Assembly: GCA_029939945.1 (NCBI GenBank)
Contig: JAOZRX010000001.1
Span: forward strand, 43,384 to 107,383
Length of the DNA: 64,000 bases
Direction of reading: 5' to 3'
From: Candidatus Izemoplasma sp.
Lineage (GTDB): Bacteria; Bacillota_I; Bacilli_A; Izemoplasmatales; Izemoplasmataceae
The notes under the pieces were generated by a model. That model made no database searches. It was not told the origin of the DNA and saw nothing but the letters and a program-made list of their open reading frames with translations. The translations under genes and the position numbers were made by a program. Below are positions 39,026 through 46,893 of this stretch, one piece after another (positions within the stretch are counted from its first letter, which is position 1; the number at the start of each line of letters is the position of its first letter).

Positions 39026-39640
39026 ATGAAAAAAGTTAAGGAGAAAAAGCAATACAAGTTTCTATCAATAAGATTTATTGTTAAAATCTTGTTGATAGTA
39101 TCGTTCATTATGACATCTAATACATTTGCATACTGGGCAGATACGGTTGTAGGAACTAATACATCTATCACAACCACTTTTTCAGTAGGCTCTCCTTCAT
39201 TTGTTAATCATGAATTTGTACTAACGGATGAAATAAATACCTTTAGCTATGTAATCCCACTAGAAGAATTATTAAGTGATCCAGATAATAGTATCGATGA
39301 TGTAATATTTGGAATTATTTGGAATGACGAGGAATTATTAGAAGAACTTCAAAATCTTGATGCTTCAGCAGAAGTCGAAGTAACTTACGATATCTTAATT
39401 ACTGAAAATGGTAAAGAAGTAAAAAAATGGAGATATAAAAGACTTGTTAAATTAATTAATTTAGAGTTAGATGAAGATAATCCTAATACAATTAGTTATG
39501 GTAATACACCAGAAACATTTGGATTTAGTGTTTCATTAAACGAAGAGCAAAGAAAAAATGATTATAGACTTTTAGCAAAACATGAAGTTACTATCGTAGT
39601 TAGTTATACAATAATAGAGGATACTATTGTTAGTGATTAA
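39026..39640 (+). CDS. secreted protein with SipW-cognate-type signal (paralog family member 3)
   Basis: FIMTSNTFAYWADTVVGTNTS, then TTFSVGS...VSLNEEQRKNDY...VTIVVSYTI. I prefer ATG 39026 over the listed TTG 39008. Terminator at 39680-39736. Confidence 0.65.
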   Translation: MKKVKEKKQYKFLSIRFIVKILLIVSFIMTSNTFAYWADTVVGTNTSITTTFSVGSPSFVNHEFVLTDEINTFSYVIPLEELLSDPDNSIDDVIFGIIWNDEELLEELQNLDASAEVEVTYDILITENGKEVKKWRYKRLVKLINLELDEDNPNTISYGNTPETFGFSVSLNEEQRKNDYRLLAKHEVTIVVSYTIIEDTIVSD

Positions 39641-39820
39641 TCTATTTCAATAAACTGAATAAGATGATAAAGTAAAAATAACTGCACCTAATACTTGGAC
39701 ATAGCCAACTATGACAAATTAGGATGCAGTTTTTATATGTGATATCTTCTTGTAGAATATTCCCTATTTTGATATAATATGTTTGTTAGGATTTTATTTC
39801 ATAACTAGGGAGGGCATAGT

Positions 39821-40537
39821 ATGAAACGTATTCTTCTAGTAGAAGATAATAAGGTAGTATGTAAGACAATTGAAAGGCATCTAGTTAATAATGGATATAA
39901 GGTCGATTGTGTGTTTAATGCAGAAGATGGATTACTTGAAGTGAATAAGCATCAATACACAGCTATAGTACTAGATTTAAACTTACCAAAAATGAGTGGT
40001 TATGCTTTCATACAAATTTTGCGTAAGAAATCAGATATTCCAGTTATTATTAATACTGCGCATGCTAGTGTAAAATCAAGGGTTAAACTTATTAATGTTG
40101 GAGCTAGTGATTTTATAGAAAAATCGATGCATCCAGATGAAATTATAGAAAGCATCAAAATTATTTTAGAAGATCGAGATGAAATGAAAAATAAGAATAA
40201 GACATTTAAGTATAAAGATATTGTAATAGACTTTTCAACGAGAACAGTAAAGAAAAATGGAAAAGTATTAGAACTTACCTCAAAAGAGATTGATATATTA
40301 AAGACTTTACTTGATAATCCTAATAGAGCATTTTCAAGAGAACAATTATATTTAGTTGTATGGGGTGAACATTATTCTGAATCTGTTGATAATACAATTA
40401 ATGTACATATTAAGAGATTAAGAAATAAAATTGAGGAAACACCAAAAAAACCTGAAATTATTGAAACGGTATACGCTTATGGATATCGTTTAGGTAAATC
40501 AGTTGTTGATATGCTTCAACAAAGAATGGAACAATAA
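39821..40537 (+). CDS. OmpR/PhoB-family response regulator
   Basis: Receiver with LLVEDN, IVLDLNLP and a conserved Lys. The winged-helix output has LTSKEIDILKTL...VHIKRLRNKIE...YGYRL. Own promoter TTGTAG-17-TATAAT. Confidence 0.9.
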   Translation: MKRILLVEDNKVVCKTIERHLVNNGYKVDCVFNAEDGLLEVNKHQYTAIVLDLNLPKMSGYAFIQILRKKSDIPVIINTAHASVKSRVKLINVGASDFIEKSMHPDEIIESIKIILEDRDEMKNKNKTFKYKDIVIDFSTRTVKKNGKVLELTSKEIDILKTLLDNPNRAFSREQLYLVVWGEHYSESVDNTINVHIKRLRNKIEETPKKPEIIETVYAYGYRLGKSVVDMLQQRMEQ

Positions 40538-40630
40538 ACAAAGAGTGAATCGAATGATTCACTTTTTTTATGTCGAAATACAAATTTAATAAACGGCTAA
40601 AACAAGAGGAAAAACAATATCTAACATACT

Positions 40631-40695
40631 AAATCTTAATTAAATCTTAACTAGATACTGCATCCATTGACTAAGAATACTATGGATGATACTAT
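40631..40695 (+). promoter_or_regulatory. direct-repeat site plus promoter, site e
   Basis: AAATCTTAATT AAATCTTAACT, 14 bp, TTGACT (40667-72, which is the listed TTG start), 17 bp, TACTAT. Confidence 0.65.
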
Positions 40696-40765
40696 ACGAT
40701 TATACAAAGGAAAAAAAGCAAGAAAAACTATAAAAACTAAAAAAGAAAATATAAGGAGAAAAACA

Positions 40766-41374
40766 ATGAAAAAAGAACAAAATAAAAATTCAAGAAAAAA
40801 GGTAATCGCTATATTAGTAATGTTATCACTAGTATTAACAACAGGAACATTCGCATATTGGGCAAGTTACGTTGAAGGAACTGATGCAGAAGTAACAGAA
40901 ACTTTAGTAGTAGGTTCAGGAGACACAATCGAAACAACATTTGATATATCAGATGATAATACTATAGGTGGATTATTAGTGCCAGTTGGACAAGCAGTTA
41001 ATTCAAGTTTATATGCAATTGAAGAAATCAATTTATCATTTGATGTACAATGGTACGAAGATGAAGACCAAACTCAAACTTACGGTATAGATTCAATTGG
41101 ACAAATCGTTATTGATCATGAATTATTAATCGTAATTGATGGAGAAGAATTAGATCATGATGACTATTCAGATATTTATGACTTAGTAAACGTATTATAT
41201 AGTGAAGACAATGCAACAGATATGTATTTAGATAATACAGATTCATTCTCATTCCAAATTACAATGGATGAACCAGCTAATCAAGAAGAATATAATTTAA
41301 TCGCATTCGCAGAAATTTCAGTAACATTCTCATTCACAATTGACACAGATGATATTGAAAGTACTGATTATTAA
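40766..41374 (+). CDS. secreted acidic protein with SipW-cognate-type signal (paralog family member 4)
   Basis: ATG 40766 with an AAGGAG RBS. LVLTTGTFAYWASYVEGTDAE, then ETLVVGS...GGLLVP...ITMDEPANQEEY...VTFSFTI. 3' hairpin at 41418-41452. Confidence 0.75.
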   Translation: MKKEQNKNSRKKVIAILVMLSLVLTTGTFAYWASYVEGTDAEVTETLVVGSGDTIETTFDISDDNTIGGLLVPVGQAVNSSLYAIEEINLSFDVQWYEDEDQTQTYGIDSIGQIVIDHELLIVIDGEELDHDDYSDIYDLVNVLYSEDNATDMYLDNTDSFSFQITMDEPANQEEYNLIAFAEISVTFSFTIDTDDIESTDY

Positions 41375-41500
41375 TAATATTAATAACAGTAATAATGTTC
41401 ATATCCACCCTTTTAATAGAGAAGAATTATACTTATCGTATAATTCTTCTCTTATATATTATAGTAAAGAACTAACATTTTTTTGTTATTCACAGAAATT

Positions 41501-41564
41501 GAATCTTAAATAATAATTAACTCAATTATCATTTATTGACTGTGATAATTATCAATGATATTAT
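41501..41564 (+). promoter_or_regulatory. direct-repeat site plus promoter, site f (upstream of sipW-like copy 3)
   Basis: GAATCTTAAAT AATAATTAACT, 13 bp, TTGACT, 17 bp, TATTAT. Confidence 0.5.
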
Positions 41565-41613
41565 ACAAGGGAGAAGAAAAGACTAGGATATTGATTAAAG
41601 GAGATGGTGAATT

Positions 41614-42213
41614 ATGAAGAATGTAATTGACAACATTAAATTAGGATTATATATGGGAATAATTGGAATAATCTTACTATACATTGGTACTTTGATATTT
41701 ATGCCAGACTTAACGGTAAAAATATTTCGTTTTAAACCTTTTGTAGTTGTAACAGAATCAATGGAACCTTACATTAATGTTAATGATATGGTAGTTGTTG
41801 GTGTTTTCGATATTGATGAAGCAGAAGTTGGAGATATTATCACATTCGAAGCTGATATAGATTATAATGGAACAAAAGAAATTGTGACACATTATATTTA
41901 TGAAATCGATAGAACTAGAGATGAAGCAGTTATTCGAACAAATAGATATTTTGATGAAGATCAAACGATAACTCCAGATACATGGATAATCCCAGAAAAT
42001 AATGTTATTGGATCATATAGTTTTCATATTCCATACATGGGATATCTAGTAGGATTTATAAAGAGTATTTACGGAATCATTATAATTGGAATTAATGTTC
42101 TCATATTTGGGGGAATAAAATATATTAATAGAAAAACTAAACAAAAAGAATTGTTAGAAAAAGAGAATAAAAAAGAAGAAGAATTAGAAGAGGAAATTAA
42201 ACAATTAGATTAG
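41614..42213 (+). CDS. sipW: archaeal/ER-type signal peptidase I (SipW-like), copy 3
   Basis: N-terminal TM, TESMEP, GDIITF, VTHYI, C-terminal TM and a long K/E-rich tail. Confidence 0.75.
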   Translation: MKNVIDNIKLGLYMGIIGIILLYIGTLIFMPDLTVKIFRFKPFVVVTESMEPYINVNDMVVVGVFDIDEAEVGDIITFEADIDYNGTKEIVTHYIYEIDRTRDEAVIRTNRYFDEDQTITPDTWIIPENNVIGSYSFHIPYMGYLVGFIKSIYGIIIIGINVLIFGGIKYINRKTKQKELLEKENKKEEELEEEIKQLD

Positions 42214-42324
42214 TAAAATTAATGTACTTATATAAGAGTGAATCGAATGATTCACTCTTTTTTATGTCGAAACATCAATTTAACAAATGGCTAAAATAAG
42301 AGGAAAAACAATATCTAACATACT

Positions 42325-42389
42325 AAATCTTAATTAAATCTTAACTAGATACTGCATCCATTGACTAAGAATACTATGGATGATACTAT
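42325..42389 (+). promoter_or_regulatory. direct-repeat site plus promoter, site g (copy of site e)
   Basis: Identical sequence to site e. Confidence 0.65.
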
Positions 42390-42459
42390 ACGATTATACA
42401 AAGGAAAAAAAGCAAGAAAAACTATAAAAACTAAAAAAGAAAATATAAGGAGAAAAACA

Positions 42460-43068
42460 ATGAAAAAAGAACAAAATAAAAATTCAAGAAAAAAGGTAAT
42501 CGCTATATTAGTAATGTTATCACTAGTATTAACAACAGGAACATTCGCATATTGGGCAAGTTACGTTGAAGGAACTGATGCAGAAGTAACAGAAACTTTA
42601 GTAGTAGGTTCAGGAGACACAATCGAAACAACATTTGATATATCAGATGATAATACTATAGGTGGATTATTAGTGCCAGTTGGACAAGCAGTTAATTCAA
42701 GTTTATATGCAATTGAAGAAATCAATTTATCATTTGATGTACAATGGTACGAAGATGAAGACCAAACTCAAACTTACGGTATAGATTCAATTGGACAAAT
42801 CGTTATTGATCATGAATTATTAATCGTAATTGATGGAGAAGAATTAGATCATGATGACTATTCAGATATTTATGACTTAGTAAACGTATTATATAGTGAA
42901 GACAATGCAACAGATATGTATTTAGATAATACAGATTCATTCTCATTCCAAATTACAATGGATGAACCAGCTAATCAAGAAGAATATAATTTAATCGCAT
43001 TCGCAGAAATTTCAGTAACATTTTCATTCACAATCGACACAGACGATATTGAAAGTACTGATTATTAA
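42460..43068 (+). CDS. secreted acidic protein, identical at protein level to the 40766 product (paralog family member 5)
   Basis: The ORF-track translations of the two copies are identical. I saw only synonymous nucleotide differences, for example ATTGACACAGATGAT versus ATCGACACAGACGAT. Confidence 0.75.
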   Translation: MKKEQNKNSRKKVIAILVMLSLVLTTGTFAYWASYVEGTDAEVTETLVVGSGDTIETTFDISDDNTIGGLLVPVGQAVNSSLYAIEEINLSFDVQWYEDEDQTQTYGIDSIGQIVIDHELLIVIDGEELDHDDYSDIYDLVNVLYSEDNATDMYLDNTDSFSFQITMDEPANQEEYNLIAFAEISVTFSFTIDTDDIESTDY

Positions 43069-43262
43069 TAATAGTAATAATAGTAATAATAGTAATAATG
43101 TTCATACCCCCCCTTCTAAGAGAGAAGAATTATACTTAGCGTATAATTCTTCTCTTATATATTGGAGTAAAAAAAATAGAAATTATCTTTACAATCAGTA
43201 TATACTGTCATCAAAATTGGGAATTAAAATAGAAAAAAAACAACTTCAAATCAAAGTTGTTT

Positions 43263-43817
43263 TTATTTTGAGATACAATATTCACTTAAGTATTCATTTG
43301 CTTTTTCATATGCAATATTTACACATTTGTCAAAGTCTCTTATGAAGTCTTCCCAACGGTAAATAGATATGAATGAATCATAGTTAACATTGTTCTTATT
43401 TTGAATTACTATTTCATTATGAATATTAGAAGAAATAATTTCAGGTAATTTAGTCTTATCAACACCCCAAATACCTTTTTGTCCCTTTTTCATAATATAA
43501 CTATAGTCATTACCTTTATCTGGGATAACAACTCCAATAATACCTTTTGTTGAACTAGAGAATGTATTATTCAATGAGTATTTTATTTCATATGGAATAG
43601 TGTCACTACTAAGTATGTTTCTTGATATTAGTACTACAGTAACATCTGTATGAGAAATCTTTTTTTCAAGTTTTAATAAAGACTCTTCAGTGTGTGGTAA
43701 TAAGTCGGTATCTTCATTTGAGTATTTATATTTTCTTCCTTTAAATTTATCCATAATTTTAAATTTAAAGTTCATTGAATCTGAATGGATATATGATATG
43801 TATATATTTCTTTTCAT
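43263..43817 (-). CDS. TIR-like domain protein (DUF1863 / ThsB-like pattern)
   Basis: 184 aa. N-terminal IYISYIHSD, then VTVVLISRNILSSDTIPYEIKYSL and KGIIGVVIP match the strand-helix pattern of bacterial TIR-like proteins as I recall it. AGGAGG RBS. Confidence 0.45.
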   Translation of the reverse strand: MKRNIYISYIHSDSMNFKFKIMDKFKGRKYKYSNEDTDLLPHTEESLLKLEKKISHTDVTVVLISRNILSSDTIPYEIKYSLNNTFSSSTKGIIGVVIPDKGNDYSYIMKKGQKGIWGVDKTKLPEIISSNIHNEIVIQNKNNVNYDSFISIYRWEDFIRDFDKCVNIAYEKANEYLSEYCISK

Positions 43818-43894
43818 TTTGGTTCCTCCTAACAGTGCTTTGCTGAATTAGTATACCAGTTTCTTTTGATACTTACAACATTATTATGTTAAGT

Positions 43895-44593
43895 TCACTT
43901 ATTGGTAATATAAGCTTCTGTGGTGATTGGGATTGGATTGTTTTCGTAGGGAGCATCGAAGCGATTATCAAAGGCTTCATTTCTCTTTAGTTGTGAATCC
44001 CAATACTTGTTTGTTAATCCAAACAGACTCATAATTTTTAGAAGAAATATTGAAAATCTTGAACTTTTTTCTTTTCCAAATAGAAATTTAAGGTCTTTTT
44101 TATTGTATGGTTCATTATTTTTAAATGAAACTGCCAATCTAGAAACTGCTTGTCTTTTCTTTTTAGTCATGATATCAGGCATTAATCTAAAACCTTCGCT
44201 TCCTGGGATTATAATAACACCACGATTATCTAGATTCATTATTTTTGAGAATCTATTACAGTATTGTTCTAGTGCTCTACTTTGGATTCCATCAGAGAAA
44301 CCTGAATGGATTATAAAAGTAATCTGTTTGTCTTTTAGTTCTTCTTTAAATGAAGATAATATTTCGTAAAAGTTCTTAACTTGTCCGGGCATACCATCAA
44401 CATAAAGTGCAAAAATCATTAATACATGATCATATTTACTCATCTCTTCTGCGTATTCAAGATGTTGTTTAAACTTTTTAAGAAATCTTATTTCAACATT
44501 TTCTTTCCCGTAACCTTCTAAAAACCAAGAAGTAATAACTGAAGAGTTACTGCTTTCTCCTCTAGGGCTTCCGTTATAAACGATCAAAGACAT
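43895..44593 (-). CDS. flavodoxin-fold NAD(P)H-dependent FMN reductase-like protein
   Basis: N-terminal LIVYNGSPRGESSNS phosphate-binding-loop-like motif. Overlaps the upstream gene by 20 nt. Confidence 0.6.
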   Translation of the reverse strand: MSLIVYNGSPRGESSNSSVITSWFLEGYGKENVEIRFLKKFKQHLEYAEEMSKYDHVLMIFALYVDGMPGQVKNFYEILSSFKEELKDKQITFIIHSGFSDGIQSRALEQYCNRFSKIMNLDNRGVIIIPGSEGFRLMPDIMTKKKRQAVSRLAVSFKNNEPYNKKDLKFLFGKEKSSRFSIFLLKIMSLFGLTNKYWDSQLKRNEAFDNRFDAPYENNPIPITTEAYITNK

Positions 44594-45122
44594 CTTTTAC
44601 ACCTCCAGCATTATCTATTGTAACAAATTTTGAAGTATCATCTTTTCTAAAATTAAGAGCATTTCTAAAGTAAGTGGAAGAAATTAAATTGATATCTTCT
44701 TCTGTAGTGTCATCATCTGTGATTAACATCACACTGATGTCAGGCATTTTTTCATATCTTCTTACATGATGTTGTTCACCTTTATGAATAGATATATATG
44801 GATGAGCTGAACCAATACTTCTATCTTTACATGTTTTAAGAATAGAAGATTCATATCCTAAAATAACTGGAGATATGTATAAAATCATATCAACATTAGG
44901 CATTCTGCTTAATATTTGTTCGTGATCATCTTTGATTCCACAACGTCCTGGGGTTTTAACCCAACAATCCCAACAACCACGACAGTAGTTGATATTCATG
45001 TCTCTTAATCTGAAATAATCAATCTCACAAGTAGTATTTTGTGATACTTCTTTTTCGATTTCTTTCTCATAAGCTTTGTATTTTTCATCTTGTGGTATAC
45101 CGTTTAATATAAGTAATCTCAT
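44574..45122 (-). CDS. iron-sulfur flavoprotein-like (flavodoxin fold with compact Cys cluster)
   Basis: LLILNG at the N-terminus and CRGCWDCWVKTPGRC, as in Isf-type proteins. ATG overlaps the TetR gene stop (TAATG). Confidence 0.6.
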   Translation of the reverse strand: MRLLILNGIPQDEKYKAYEKEIEKEVSQNTTCEIDYFRLRDMNINYCRGCWDCWVKTPGRCGIKDDHEQILSRMPNVDMILYISPVILGYESSILKTCKDRSIGSAHPYISIHKGEQHHVRRYEKMPDISVMLITDDDTTEEDINLISSTYFRNALNFRKDDTSKFVTIDNAGGVKDVFDRL

Positions 45123-45757
45123 TATTTAAATACCTCCTCAATATTAACTTGTTTACTTACTTTCTTCATAAGTTTCTCAATAACTTCTTCATATTTACCA
45201 GAACTATATAGATGATACTTCATAAGTGAACTACCATTTTGCTCTAATTTTTCTTGATAATATTTAAGGTCTTGATGTTTATCTGCACCAATACATATTA
45301 CAGTAGCAAGTCCATAAGTATAAATTGACATATCATAAAAGATTGACTTTAATTGTTCATCACTTAGTACTGAAATAAACGGATTTTGCTTCATTTGATC
45401 TATATATGAATGATCATTATTTGTGAAGTTAGATAAAGGGTTATCCATTGTTAAGAAAAAATCGTTAAATATAAGTTTGTTCTCTAAAACATAAGCTATG
45501 TAACCAATACCTACATTTAGAAATTGACTCACTGTTCTTTTCTCTTGAGTACTATTGAATAATTGCTGCTTAATGAAAATGTATAGATCCTCAAAAATAG
45601 CTTCAATACTTGGATACTGAGTATAGATAGGAGCAGTAGATTTTCCTAGACATTTTCCTATTTCACGAATAGTAATTGCATTTTTTCCTTTTTCTCTTGC
45701 GATGTTATAAGCACATTGAATAATCTGTGCTTTATTTAATATTGCTGTTCTCGCCAT
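45122..45757 (-). CDS. TetR/AcrR-family transcriptional regulator
   Basis: N-terminal HTH segment AITIREIGKCLGKSTAPIYTQYPS. I prefer the ATG at 45757 (GGAGG RBS) over the listed 45814. Confidence 0.8.
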   Translation of the reverse strand: MARTAILNKAQIIQCAYNIAREKGKNAITIREIGKCLGKSTAPIYTQYPSIEAIFEDLYIFIKQQLFNSTQEKRTVSQFLNVGIGYIAYVLENKLIFNDFFLTMDNPLSNFTNNDHSYIDQMKQNPFISVLSDEQLKSIFYDMSIYTYGLATVICIGADKHQDLKYYQEKLEQNGSSLMKYHLYSSGKYEEVIEKLMKKVSKQVNIEEVFK

Positions 45758-46047
45758 TATAAAACCTCCAATTAATAAAAAAACAATTGTTTTAATATAA
45801 GGCAATAATAGCATTAAAATATGGATAGTGCAAGAAAATAATAAAATATTTTCAATAAACTAACTTTTAAAAAAACAAGTGTATTATTAAACTATGTTTC
45901 ACTTTTGTTAATATAATTGTTAATAATTTGCTGCCTTAGTGAATTGGGATTTGAAAGATGTATTATTGTATATATAATGGTAACTGAACAGTAAATTCTC
46001 ATCAAAGCTCTGTTATTATGTTATAATTGATTCAAGGAGTTGATATA

Positions 46048-46851
46048 ATGTATCCATTTTTATTTCCTGAGGTATTTGGCTATACTATAGCAATGTATGA
46101 TTTGCTACTTTTAATTGGTATTTTTGCTATGGTTACATATGTTATTTATAGATTTGAAAACTATGATGGTTTCACAAGAAAGCAAACTAATAGATTAATA
46201 GTATTACTAGCTGTGAGTCTCTTATTTGCCTTGCTATTTTCATATTTATTTGATGGAGTCTTTCATTCGATAAAAGAAGGAGAATTAACTTTCGGGTCAA
46301 TTACTTTTCTAGGAGGATTGATTGGTGGGGTTTCAGCATTTTTAATATTGTTAAAGTATTATTATAAAGACGATAATAAAGATGTGAAAAAGATAATGAA
46401 TACAGGTATCACTGGAGTTGTTTTAGCTCATGCATTTGGTAGAATTGGCTGTTATTTAGCTGGATGTTGTTTCGGAATTCCAACTGATTCTTTTCTTGGA
46501 GTAGTTTTCCCAGATGGACATGCTCATGATGCTTTCCCAGATATAGCGATATACCCAACACAATTATTTGAATCATTTTTCTTATTTATATTGTTTATTT
46601 CACTTAATAAAGTAAAAAAAATCAAAAACTTCAAAATTGAAACATATTTGATTGGATATGGAGTATGGAGAATCCTTATTGAATTTATTCGTGGGGATGA
46701 TAGAGGAAGTTTATTCCCTTTAGTTACTACTGAATATAATATTTTTCCAACACCATCACAATTCATTAGTGTGCTTATGATATTGCTTGGAGGGTATATG
46801 TTACAAAGATCATTTAGAAAAAAAGGAAATGATCATAGTATTGTATCTTAG
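46048..46851 (+). CDS. lgt: prolipoprotein diacylglyceryl transferase
   Basis: Multi-TM protein with HAFGRIGCYLAGCCFG and YPTQLFES motifs typical of Lgt. ATG 46048 with an AAGGAG RBS. Confidence 0.8.
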   Translation: MYPFLFPEVFGYTIAMYDLLLLIGIFAMVTYVIYRFENYDGFTRKQTNRLIVLLAVSLLFALLFSYLFDGVFHSIKEGELTFGSITFLGGLIGGVSAFLILLKYYYKDDNKDVKKIMNTGITGVVLAHAFGRIGCYLAGCCFGIPTDSFLGVVFPDGHAHDAFPDIAIYPTQLFESFFLFILFISLNKVKKIKNFKIETYLIGYGVWRILIEFIRGDDRGSLFPLVTTEYNIFPTPSQFISVLMILLGGYMLQRSFRKKGNDHSIVS

Positions 46852-46893
46852 GGATACTTTGAATATGTAATAAAAACGGAAGAGATGTTGAAA

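Larger units (their letters stand above)
40541..41460 (+). repeat. direct repeat copy 1 (terminator hairpin, regulator site, promoter, CDS, 3' hairpin)
   Basis: Near-identical to 42234-43163 at an offset of about 1694 bp. Differences are a few substitutions in the first about 70 bp, synonymous changes near the CDS end, and a 9-nt indel after the stop. Confidence 0.9.
42234..43163 (+). repeat. direct repeat copy 2
   Basis: See copy 1. Begins at the AGTGAATC-GAAT-GATTCACT terminator hairpin and ends after the AGAGAAGAATTATAC/GTATAATTCTTCTCT hairpin. Confidence 0.9.

Noticed and set aside
40667-40765. N-terminal 33-aa extension (TTG start) of the duplicated subunit genes, also at 42361-42459
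   Set aside because: The TTG is the first base of a TTGACT -35 box positioned exactly like those in five other promoters of the locus. ATG 40766/42460 has a perfect AAGGAG RBS and yields a normal signal peptide.
40541-43163. Duplication considered as a mobile element or composite transposon
   Set aside because: There is no transposase, integrase, terminal inverted repeats or target-site duplication. The repeats are direct and consist of an ordinary gene with its promoter and terminators.
43049-43345. 98-aa ORF with an NNSNNSNNS tract
   Set aside because: It is produced by the TAATAATAG microsatellite and AT-rich intergenic sequence. It runs through a terminator hairpin and overlaps the convergent TIR-like gene.
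44007-44369. 120-aa plus-strand ORF
   Set aside because: It is entirely antisense to the well-supported flavodoxin-fold gene 43895-44593.
45815-46047. Direct repeat TTGTTAATA(N3)TTGTTAATA and an AAAATATTTT palindrome in the TetR/lgt divergent region, considered as a TetR operator
   Set aside because: Such short AT-rich repeats are frequent in this genome. There is no second occurrence or dyad of adequate length to support an operator call.
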